The notes under the pieces are model-generated. The model did no database searches and was not told the origin of the DNA. It saw nothing but the letters and a program-made list of their open reading frames with translations. A DNA stretch of 64,000 nucleotides from Eledone cirrhosa (Eukaryota). The translations under genes were made by a program, and so were the position numbers. Positions 1 through 9,985 of the stretch are shown in pieces (position 1 is the stretch's first letter; each line of letters begins with the position of its first letter). Location of the stretch: NCBI GenBank assembly GCA_964016885.1, contig OZ024744.1, forward strand, positions 71,920,001-71,984,000, read 5' to 3'.

Positions 1-184
1 AAGAGCAAACGCTCCAGCGCAGTCAGGCGAGGCTTAGGACAAGGTACGACGGTTAGGCGGTAGCAGATGACAGACGCGATGTACGCGTTAGCCACCTCCG
101 CTCGACCTTTCAGGGATAGCTTCCTCTCGGCCCATTTCTGGGTGAGAGAAACCACCCTGCTCGTCACCTCGTCCCAGTTTTTGT
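1..184 (-). mobile_element. 5'-truncated Tx1/L1-clade LINE copy 0 (runs off window start)
   Basis: Near-identical to 7481-7663 (ORF2 of copy 2); homology stops at 184 where (AAT)n begins. Confidence 0.9.
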
Positions 185-211
185 AATAATAATAATAATA
201 ATAATAATAAT
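184..211. repeat. (AAT)n tract between LINE copies 0 and 1
   Basis: Perfect TAA repeats seen directly. Confidence 0.95.
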
Positions 212-466
212 GATTTCTTTATTAATCACAAGGGTTTACATCAAGTAGACATTAAGGACAGTGCAGGACAATACAGGACGGTACAAATGGGCATTTCTGC
301 GTGTAAAAAAACAAAAAAAAAACAGAGGGTGTAACAAAAAATAACAATGAAAAATTCCCCAATAGGGGGGAGACTTCGGAGGGACATTTGTGGAGAAAGC
401 CCAGTAAAAAGCCACAATGACCCTGACCACCAAGGCAAGTGCCCTCTCCCAGTTTCCACCTTTAAT

Positions 467-3400
467 TTACAGATATATACTCAGAGTAGGCCCATTCACT
501 CGGACCATTCTTGCTTCTCTCACCCATCTTTCAACCAAATGCTGGGAAGAGAGCACTTCCCTCTCTACTCTGATTTTCCTTTTCAAATGAAATTTGAAAA
601 AGTCAATCAGAGCATCACCGAAGAGATAAGTGCTCGTCTTCAGCCATTTCAAACGTGTCCACCATACTATCTCTTTCGCCATGGCCACCAGACAGATAAA
701 AACTGCCTGCCCTTCCCGGCTAAAGGAGGAGGGCGGGGCAATCCTCACGATGGACTCAGATGATAGCCGGATCCGTCCTAAACGCGACAGCAGGTGTTCG
801 ACATAAACCTACAAGTCAGCAATTTTCGGACACTGGACGAGTGCGTGCAGGACGGTTTCGTCGCTCTGCGAGCATCTCGGACATGCCCGGCTGACGGCAC
901 CTCCATGCCTGTAGAGTTTATCCCGAACTGGCAAAGCTCCTCGGTAGCACTGCCAGGCCAGAGATTTCTGGAAGTTTTCCATAGGCCCTGGCCCGAAAGT
1001 TCTTCCGAAGAGATTGGCTAGTTGATTTTCGTCGACGCCTAGAGTTTCCCCAAGTACGTCGTCGCTCTTCCCCTCCACTAATCCTCTATAGAACGCCGAG
1101 GTGGAGTTTCCACCGATCACATTGCCCGCTTGGTCGAGGGCTGTGAGCGCCTGAAGACATTCCAGTCTCCAGGCGCTCCCTCTCGGTCTTCGCTTGACCC
1201 AGGACTGCAGCTCCGTCAAGGAAACGAGCTGGGGAAATACGTGTCTAGCAAACGGCGACCACACCTGATCACCGTCGAGGAAGAGGTGGAGATGTCGTAG
1301 CTTGAGCGCGTGCCTGCGCATCATCAGCCACGGCATGCCCAGCCCTCCACGTAGCGGGTGTTGACAACAGATGGACCGCCTGACCATCGGAGCGCGTCCC
1401 TTCCACAAAAAGCGAAAGAGCAAACGCTCCAGCGCAGCCAGGCGAGGCTTAGGACAAGGTACGACGGTCAGGCGGTAGCAGATGACAGACGCGATGTACG
1501 CGTTAGCCACCTCCGCTCGACCTTTCAGGGATAGCTTCCTCTCCGCTCATTTCTGGGTGAGAGAAGCCACCCTGCTCGTCACCTCGTCCCAGTTTTTGTC
1601 CGTCTGGAGGTCAGGACCGAACCAGACCCCTAGCAATTTAACCGGTCCGTCCGTCCAGCGTCCGACGACGCTGTTGGACGGCATGGACCTGCCTCTCCAG
1701 GTGCCGAGCTGCTGGCCCACTGACTTTTCCTGGTTGATCATTGCTCCTGTCACCGCTTCGTATTCACTTAGTGTAGTGCCGATCGCCTCGATGTGTTTGG
1801 CGTTCGACACCACTACGGTGACATCGTCCGCATATGCTGACACGGATCTTCCGCATCCTAGTTCGCGCGGGACGCCCCTCAACGTCTCCAGTTTGTGCAG
1901 TAATGGCTCGAGAGTCAATACGTACAAGAGGGACGAGAGGGGAGATCCTTGGCGGACCGAGCGCATGATGTTGAACGGTTCCGACAGGTGACCTTTCACT
2001 CTCACCACAGAGCAGATGTCGCTGTGCATGGCAGCGATCCAGCCTCTGAAGACGGGCCCAAAGCCAGCCGCCCTCAGGACTACCGCTAGGTAACGATGGT
2101 CGACCCTATCGAAAGCTTTCGACTGATCTAAATTGATCAAGGACCCACCCGTGCCAGGTTCCTTAGCTACCCTCTCTACGATGTATCGCATGAGGTGGAG
2201 GTTGTCGTGGATGGATCTGTCGGGAATGGCGCATGTCTGCGCCTCTCCCACCAGTCCACCAACGACAAGCGCCAACCTCTTTGCTAGCACCTTGGCCAAT
2301 ATCTTGAACTCTGTGTTTAGCAGAGTTATGGGCCGGAAATTATCTATGTTATCCCCCTTGTTCGGATCCTTTCTCATCAGTGCCACCGCTCCTCGGCTTA
2401 CAGAACTGGGAATTCTCCCGTTCTGTTGCCAGTTGCAGTAGACGTCCGCCAAGAGGCCTCCGAACAAGTCTGGCATCTGTACGTAAAGTTCATAGGGCAG
2501 ACCATCCAAACCAGGCGATTTACCCCTTGTGCAGCCAGTCATTGCTTCCCTTACTTCAGCGGTTGTTATCGGCTTTTCGCAACACTTCGCCTCAGTGGCC
2601 GAGAGCCGCGGCAGTCCGTCGAGGTAGACACTAAAGTCCATCCCTCGACCCGGCCCACCGCTGCCCCCGAACAGTTGAGCGAAGTGTCGCTGAAAAGCTT
2701 CACACATTTGCCCGGGATCGAGTAGCATGCGCCCGTCGTGGTCCACCAAAGACCGGATCGTGGCTTTGTTGCCACGACGCGCCACCGCCACTAGGGCCCA
2801 TTGAACGGCTTTCGTCCCCTCGTGTCTGAGAGCACGCACCCTTGCTCTGACAACGCAGCCTTCGTGCTTTGCATTGAAGAATTGGTCAAGGGCCAATTCC
2901 GCCGCAAGCACGTCGGTCACAATGCCTTTGCTAAGCGCCTCGTCTAATTTTCTAACTAGTTCTCCCTCTGCTCTATTTTTCTCTATTGCTAAAGCCTTAC
3001 TAAACCTAATGGATTATATTCCAATCGCTCTTTTCAGAGCAAACCACCACTTGTTGTTGACGATGGCCCCCGTCAACGCCCGATTAACTAGTTCGCTAAT
3101 CCGGTCTCTGTAGGCCTTGCGCGCTGGTAAGGACGCGTTTAGCTTCCAGTAGCCGGGTCCTCGTCTATGAAGCCTATCTAAGTCAAGCACACAGATCACG
3201 AATTTGTGGTCCGTGTAGCTGACTATCTTGAATTGTGGACAGCCTATGCTAGACCTATCTATTTCCCTACAAAATACTCTATCTAGATATGATCTGGATG
3301 ACCCTATGCGATTTGTCCAAGTCCACATTGGTACATTCGGGAAATCCATTCGGTATCTGTCAGACAGTTCAAAACGTCTGAGCAGGTTGGTGAGACTCTT

Positions 3401-3886
3401 GCACCCTCCTTCCCTATCCACTAATCCCACACAATCCCAGCGTGCATCTAAGATCCCGTTCCAGTCGCCCACTAACACTAAAGAGCGGGACGTTCCAAGA
3501 AAGGTCTCCAGACGCCGGAAGAAATCAGGCCGCCCTGCTCCTGTCGGGGCATAGACGGCCACTAGCGTGAAAGCTTGCCCGTCTCCACTGGTCACGTCCA
3601 GCACCACCAGCTTACCCTCTGGGTCCAGGAAGATGGCCCCTATGGCGAGATCCAAACCTCTCCGAAAAAGCACAGCAACTCCGCCCCCCGATCCAGGACG
3701 GCTGGGACATGCGTACACATCGTAGCCACCGAAGATCGGTGCGAAGGCCCGTGCTTCGGAGATTCAGGTCTTGCTGATGGCCACTACATCTATGTTTAGT
3801 GACCTGAGGTCGTTGAGCAGGTGACCCTGCTTCCATGACGACCCCAAGCCACGCGCATTTATGCTGCCTATTCTGAGTGAGGTCAT
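467..3886 (-). pseudogene. LINE ORF2 (APE endonuclease-RT-zinc finger), broken by stop codons
   Basis: ORF fragments 3014-3718, 1547-2920, 809-1510 and 467-748 together match the 1139-aa ORF2 of copies 2 and 3. Confidence 0.93.
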
Positions 3887-3921
3887 GTTTAAAATAGAGT
3901 GGAAAAGATGGGAAAGACCAC

Positions 3922-6018
3922 TTACCGTACTTTTCGTAGAGGAGGGATGGTTTTTACATCCCTTTTCACTTGATCGTCTGGTGAAGGGACCGTTGAATCG
4001 TCCCTTCGCCTGGTCGTCGGCTCTTCTATGAGAATGTCTGAATATATTCTTCGATTGATAGCTCCTCCTAGGTCCCTGAAATCACCAACTGCGTTGGGGA
4101 ATTTCGTTTTAGTGTTTGTGTATTGTTTCTGTGCTATTTTTAGCAGTCTTATGTTAGTTGGCGTTTTGATTGGTGCTGGTATTATGTAGTCGTGTTGTGA
4201 AATGTCTGTGTGTTCAATTATGGAAGTCATTAGTTTCTTGTTGTGTGTATTTATTGCCGTGCATTTGTTTTTCTGGGGGTGGGGTGTGGTTCAGCTATTT
4301 TCTTGTCGTTGTTGCTGGGTGTGTGTGTTTTGTTGTTGTGTTTGCGATGTTGGTGCTTGTGGTGGTGGTGTTAAAGGTGTTGTTGGCGGTGGGGTTGTCG
4401 CCGGTGGTGATGGTGGTGCTGGTGTGGGTGGTGATGGTGTTGGTGTTGTTGCTGCTGTGGGTCTCTTTGCAGTAGACTTTACCCTTTTCTCATTTCTTTC
4501 CTCCCTTTTCAAAGGCGACGATGCGCTGCTTCTGCGTTTGTGCCTTCTTACGACCTTTTGCCATCTCTCTCCCACCTCACACTCCATGTCTGATTCTGTG
4601 AGGTCGGGGAGGGGTACCAACTCCACTCTTTCACTTGTTGTTGTTGGTGATGTTTGCACTGGAGTCTCTGTTGCAACTGCATTTGGTATTGCTGTTGTTG
4701 TTGTTAGTATTTCCACTGCTGCTGCTGTTTTTGATTTCCGTGGAGTGGGTATGGGTGCCACGGGCCTATCGTTCCTGGTTGCCGCTTGTCCTGTTGCTGG
4801 TAGCCGTGGAGCCGGATTCGGAAGGAGGGGGGTTTTCTCCTTTCTCAGGGTCTTCTCGTTGCAGAAGGCCCTGAGGTGAGTCTTCGATCCACAGCGAAAG
4901 CATTTCGGGCGTTTGCCCTCAACACTTATGGGCAGTTGAGTGCCGTTATCGAAGTCTATCACATCCGGGATAGCTTCGATGCACTCCTGGTTGGTTTGGA
5001 TTAGCATCTCAATGGAGGAGCCGACCCAATCTTCTCTTACTTTTTTCTGTACTTGCAGTACAGTTGTTTTGTCCTCGATTCCGACGAGGACAGACGCGGC
5101 CAGCCAAGAAGGGGTCATTCCGGGGGGGACGTGGGTCAGTTTGACCCTCACAATTTTTTGCCCACAGTAGGAGGGCACCAACACCATTTCCTCGCTCCTT
5201 AGGGTCACTACTGATTGGGCCTTTGCCTCCTGGGGTGTGGCAAAAAGTACGTCTACGGTGGCATATTTTTTGCCTCGGGTGATGTGCGTTTTCCGCTGCC
5301 ACACAGACCCCAAGGCTTTTTGTATTTGGGCCTCTGTGGCTCTTTCCACCCTACGGGATTTTGTACTTACTGTACGGTACGTGACCGTACAGTGCTCTTG
5401 GGTTTCGAAAAATTTTTCCGCTGCCTTGCAGATTGCTCGGTGTCGGTTCTTTGTAACCATCTTCTTCGCTTCCTCTAATTCCTCATTTGTTATGAGGATT
5501 GTTTCCAAGTTTTTCGCAATACCTGCAAATGAGATTGGTTTTTCTCTGCTGTTGTTGTTGTCGTCAGAGCTGCTGGTACTTTTGTTGTTACTGAAGGTAC
5601 TACGACTACTGCCTCCGCCGCTGTTGCTGTGGTTGTTGTTGGTGTTGCTGCTGCTAATGCTGTTGTTGTTTATGCTGCTGGTGATGCTGTTGCGGCTGCT
5701 ACTGTTGTTTTCATTGTCACTGTTGCTGTTGTTATTACGGCTGCTACTGCTATTATTCCTGACGTCAGACGAATGAACTGGGTTTTCGTATTTCCCGCAC
5801 ACCTGTTTCGTCGCTGTCGTCGTCGTCGTGGAGAAACTTTGCACGCTTTGCACGAGACTTTTCTTTTCTTTCGTCACTTGCGAAAGAGAAGGGAGGGAGA
5901 GAGACACATTTAAAGAAGGGAGGGAGAGAGACAATCTTCTCTCTGCTGTAGTGATGATTGAGGAAGAAGAAGACGGAATGAGTGGGAGTGACGTATGAAA
6001 TTTCTTTTTCGTAGCCAT
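3922..6018 (-). pseudogene. LINE ORF1 (gag-like, CCHC knuckle), premature stop at 4291-4293
   Basis: 575-aa ORF from ATG 6018 containing CFRCGSKTHLRAFC; the C-terminal part continues as ORF 3922-4230. Confidence 0.88.
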
Positions 6019-6232
6019 GTTGTTTTTTGTTTAAAATGAATATTGGGTACAAAACCCCAATAACTGGTTATTTAGCCCCGAAGGGCCAAATAACGGACAG
6101 AAAGACCCCTCTCACGAGGAGGAGGGTGTCTTTATCAACAATTTGGTTCAAGTTTTAAACAATTTACAATTGTTTTAACGGTTAAAAATTACTATACCTT
6201 ACAGAGCCGAGCCTCCGTCAACCATGGCATTC

Positions 6233-6268
6233 AATAATAATAATAATAATGATAATAATAATAATAAT
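6233..6268. repeat. (AAT)n tract between LINE copies 1 and 2
   Basis: Seen directly; one GAT interruption. Confidence 0.95.
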
Positions 6269-6530
6269 GATTTCTTTATTAACCACAAGGGTTTACATAA
6301 AGTAGACATTAAGGACAGTGCAGGACAATGCAGGACGGTACAAATGGGCATTTCTGCGTGTAAAAAAACAAAAACAGAGGATGTAACAAAAATAACAATG
6401 AAAATAACAATGAAAAATTCCCCAATAGGGGGGAGACTTCGGAGGGACATTTGTGGAGAAAGCCCAGTAAAAAGCCACAATGACCCTGACCACCAAGGCA
6501 AGTGCCCTCTCCCAGTTTTCCACCTTTAGT

Positions 6531-9500
6531 TTACAGATATATACTCAGAGTCGGCCCATTCACTCGGGCCATTCTTGCTTCTCTCACCCATCTTTCAACA
6601 AAATGCTGGGAAGAGAGCACTTCCTTCTCTACTCTGATTTTCCTTTTCAAATGAAATTTGAAAAAGTCAATCAGAGCATCACCGAAGAGGAAAGTGCTCG
6701 TCTTCAGCCCTTTCAAACGTGTCCACCATACTATCTCTTTCGCCATGGCCACCAGACAGATAAAAACTGCCTGCCCTTCCCGGCTAAAGGAGGAGGGCGG
6801 GGCAATCCTCACGATAGACTCAGATGATAGCTGGATCCGTCCTAAACGCGACAGCAGGTGTTCGACATAAACCCACAAGTCAGCAATTTTCGGACACTGG
6901 ACGAGTGCGTGCAGGACGGTTTCGTCGCCCTGCGCGCATCTCGGACATGCCCGGCTGACGGCACCTCCATGCCTGTAGAGTTTATCCCGAACTGGCAAGG
7001 CTCCTCGGTAGCACTGCCAGGCCAGAGATTTCTGGAAGTTGTCCATAGGCCCTGGCCCGAAAGTTCTTCCGAAGAGATTGGCTAGTTGATTTTCGTCGAC
7101 GCCTAGAGTTTCCCCAAGTACGTCGTCGCTCTTCCCCTCCACTAATCCTCTATAGAACGCCGAGGTGGAGTTTCCACCGATCACATTGCCCGATTGGTCG
7201 AGGGCTGTGAGCGCCTGAAGACATTCCAGTCTCCAGGCGCTCCCTCTCGGTCTTCGCTTGACCCAGGACTGCAGCTCCGTCAAGGAAACGAGCTGGGGAA
7301 AAACGCGTCTAGCAAACGGCGACCACACCTGATCACCGTCGAGGAAGAGGTGGAGATGTCGTAGCCTGAGCGCGTGCCTGCGCATCATCAGCCACGGCAT
7401 GCCCAGCCCTCCACGTAGCGGGTGTTGACAACAGATGGACCGCCTGACCATCGGAGCACGTCCCTTCCACAAAAGGCGAAAGAGCAAACGCTCCAGCGCA
7501 GTCAGGCGAGGCTTAGGACAAGGTACGACGGTTAGGCGGTAGCAGATGACAGACGCGATGTACGCGTTAGCCACCTCCGCTCGACCTTTCAGGGATAGCT
7601 TCCTCTCCGCCCATTTCTGGGTGAGAGAAGCCACCCTGCTCGTCACCTCGTCCCAGTTTTTGTCCGTCTGGAGGTCCGGACCGAACCAGACCCCTAGCAA
7701 TTTAACCGGTCCGTCCGTCCAGCGCCCGACGACGCTGTTGGACGGCATGGACCTGCCTCTCCAGGTGCCGAGCTGCAGGCCCACTGACTTTTCCTGGTTG
7801 ATCATTGCTCCTGTCACCGCTTCGTATTCTCTTAGTGTAGTGCCGATCGCCTCGATGTGTTTGGCGTTCGACACCACTACGGTGACATCGTCCGCATATG
7901 CTGACACGGATCTTCCGCATCCTAGTTCGCGCGGGACTCCCCTTAACGTCTCCAGTTTGTGCAGTAATGGCTCGAGCGTCAATACGTACAAGAGGGACGA
8001 GAGGGGACATCCTTGGCGGACCGAGCGCATGATGTTGAACGGTTCCGACAGGTGACCTTTCACTCTCACCACAGAGCAGATGTCGCTGTGCATGGCAGCG
8101 ATCCAGCCTCTGAAGACGGGCCCAAAGCCAGCCGCCCTCAGGACTACCGCTAGGTAACGATGGTCGACCCTATCGAAAGCTTTCGACTGATCTAAATTGA
8201 TCAAGGACCCACCCGTGCCAGGTTCCCTAGCTACCCTCTCTACGATGTATCGCATGAGGTGGAGGTTGTCGTGGATGGATCTGTCGGGAATGGCGCATGT
8301 CTGCGCCTCTCCCACCAGACCACCAACGACAAGCGCCAACCTCTTTGCTAGCACCTTGGCCAAAATCTTAAACTCTGTGTTTAGCAGAGTTATGGGCCGG
8401 AAATTGTCTATGTTATCCCCCTTGTTCGGATCCTTTCTCAGCAGTGCCACCGCTCCTCGGCTCACAGAACTGGGAATTCTCCCGTTCTGTTGCCAGTTGC
8501 AGTAGACGTCCGCCAAGAGGCCTCCGAACAAGTCTGGCATCTGTACGTAAAGTTCATAGGGCAGACCATCCAAACCAGGCGATTTACCCCTTGTGCAGCC
8601 AGTCATTGCCTCCCTTACTTCAGCGGCTGTTATCGGCTTTTCGCAACACTTCGCCTCAGTGGCCGAGAGCCGCGGCAGTCCGTCGAGGTAGACACTAAAG
8701 TCCATCCCTCTACCCGGCCCACCGCTGCCCCCGAACAGCTGAGCGAAGTGTCGCTGAAAAGCTTCACACATTTGCCCGGGATCGAGTAGCATGCGCCCGT
8801 TGTGGTCCACCAAAGACCGGGTCGTGGCTTTGTTGCCACGACGCGCTTCCGCCACTCGGGCCCATTGAACGGCTTTCGTCCCCTCGTGTCTGAGAGCACG
8901 CACCCTTGCTCTGACAACGCAGCCTTCGTGCTTTGCATTGAAGAATTGGTCAAGGGCCAATTTCGCCGCAAGCACGTCGGTCGCAATGCCTTTGCTAAGC
9001 GCCTCGTCTAATTTTCTAACTAGTTCTCCCTCTGCTCTATTTTTCTCTATTGCTAAAGCCTTACTAAATCTAATCGATTCTATTCTAATCGCTCTTTTCA
9101 GAGCAAACCACCACTTGTTGTTGACGATGGCCCCCGTCAACGCCCGCTTAACTAGTTCGCTAATCCGGTCTCTGTAGGCCTTGCGCGCTGGTAAGGACGC
9201 GTTTAGCTTCCAGTAGCCGGGTCCTCGTCTATGAAGCCTATCTAAGTCAAGCACACAGATCACGAATTTGTGGTCCGTGTAGCTGACTATCTTGAATTGT
9301 GGACAGCCTATGCTAGACCTATCTATTTCCCTACAAAATACTCTATCTAGATATGATCTGGATGACCCTATGCGGTTTGTCCATGTCCACATTGGCACAT
9401 TCGGGAAATCCAATCGGTACCTGTCAGACAGTTCAAAACGCCTGAGCAGGTTGGTGAGGCTCTTGCACCCTCCACCCCTATCCGCTAATCCCACACAGTC

Positions 9501-9950
9501 CCAGCGTGCATCTAAGATCCCGTTCCAGTCGCCCACTAACACTAAAGAGCGGGACGTTCCAAGAAAGGTCTCCAGACGCCGGAAGAAATCAGGCCGCCCT
9601 GCTCCTGTCGGGGCATAGACGGCCACTAGCCTGAAAGCTTGCCCGTCTCCGCTGGTAACGTCCAGCACCACCAGCTTACCCTCTGGGTCCAGGAAGATGG
9701 CCCGTATGGCGAGATCCAAACCTCTCCGAAAAAGTACAGCAACTCCTCCACCGGATCCAGGACGGCTGGGAGATGCGTACACATCGTAGCCGCCGAAGAT
9801 CGGTGCGAAGGCCCGTGCTTCGGAGATTCTGGTCTCGCTGATGGCCACTACATCTATGTTTAGTGACCTGAGGTCGTTGAGCAGGTGACCCTGCTTCCAT
9901 GACGACCCCAAGCCACGCGCATTTATGCTGCCTATTCTGAGTGAGGTCAT
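6531..9950 (-). CDS. LINE ORF2p: APE endonuclease + reverse transcriptase + C-terminal CCHC zinc finger (Tx1/L1 clade)
   Basis: 1139 aa. APE motifs INARGL, ISET, VYAP, GDWN, YLDR, TDH. L1/Tx1 linker GYWKLN. RT motifs KSPGLDG, FRPITLLN, DQSKAFDRV, QGCPLS, YADD. Zinc finger CPRC...ETVLHALVQC. Confidence 0.96.
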   Translation of the reverse strand: MTSLRIGSINARGLGSSWKQGHLLNDLRSLNIDVVAISETRISEARAFAPIFGGYDVYASPSRPGSGGGVAVLFRRGLDLAIRAIFLDPEGKLVVLDVTSGDGQAFRLVAVYAPTGAGRPDFFRRLETFLGTSRSLVLVGDWNGILDARWDCVGLADRGGGCKSLTNLLRRFELSDRYRLDFPNVPMWTWTNRIGSSRSYLDRVFCREIDRSSIGCPQFKIVSYTDHKFVICVLDLDRLHRRGPGYWKLNASLPARKAYRDRISELVKRALTGAIVNNKWWFALKRAIRIESIRFSKALAIEKNRAEGELVRKLDEALSKGIATDVLAAKLALDQFFNAKHEGCVVRARVRALRHEGTKAVQWARVAEARRGNKATTRSLVDHNGRMLLDPGQMCEAFQRHFAQLFGGSGGPGRGMDFSVYLDGLPRLSATEAKCCEKPITAAEVREAMTGCTRGKSPGLDGLPYELYVQMPDLFGGLLADVYCNWQQNGRIPSSVSRGAVALLRKDPNKGDNIDNFRPITLLNTEFKILAKVLAKRLALVVGGLVGEAQTCAIPDRSIHDNLHLMRYIVERVAREPGTGGSLINLDQSKAFDRVDHRYLAVVLRAAGFGPVFRGWIAAMHSDICSVVRVKGHLSEPFNIMRSVRQGCPLSSLLYVLTLEPLLHKLETLRGVPRELGCGRSVSAYADDVTVVVSNAKHIEAIGTTLREYEAVTGAMINQEKSVGLQLGTWRGRSMPSNSVVGRWTDGPVKLLGVWFGPDLQTDKNWDEVTSRVASLTQKWAERKLSLKGRAEVANAYIASVICYRLTVVPCPKPRLTALERLLFRLLWKGRAPMVRRSICCQHPLRGGLGMPWLMMRRHALRLRHLHLFLDGDQVWSPFARRVFPQLVSLTELQSWVKRRPRGSAWRLECLQALTALDQSGNVIGGNSTSAFYRGLVEGKSDDVLGETLGVDENQLANLFGRTFGPGPMDNFQKSLAWQCYRGALPVRDKLYRHGGAVSRACPRCAQGDETVLHALVQCPKIADLWVYVEHLLSRLGRIQLSSESIVRIAPPSSFSREGQAVFICLVAMAKEIVWWTRLKGLKTSTFLFGDALIDFFKFHLKRKIRVEKEVLSSQHFVERWVREARMARVNGPTLSIYL

Positions 9951-9985
9951 GTTTAAAATAGAGTGGAAAAGATGGGAAAGACCAC

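Larger units (their letters stand above)
212..6232 (-). mobile_element. Full-length Tx1/L1-clade non-LTR retrotransposon copy 1 (degenerate)
   Basis: Colinear with copies 2 and 3; 5'UTR + ORF1 + ORF2 + 3'UTR with AATAAA just before the (TTA)n tail; (AAT)n on both sides. Confidence 0.95.

Noticed and set aside
6190-6232. tRNA/snRNA gene fragment or HDV ribozyme at the LINE 5' end
   Set aside because: No cloverleaf, same-strand B box or nested pseudoknot could be fitted.
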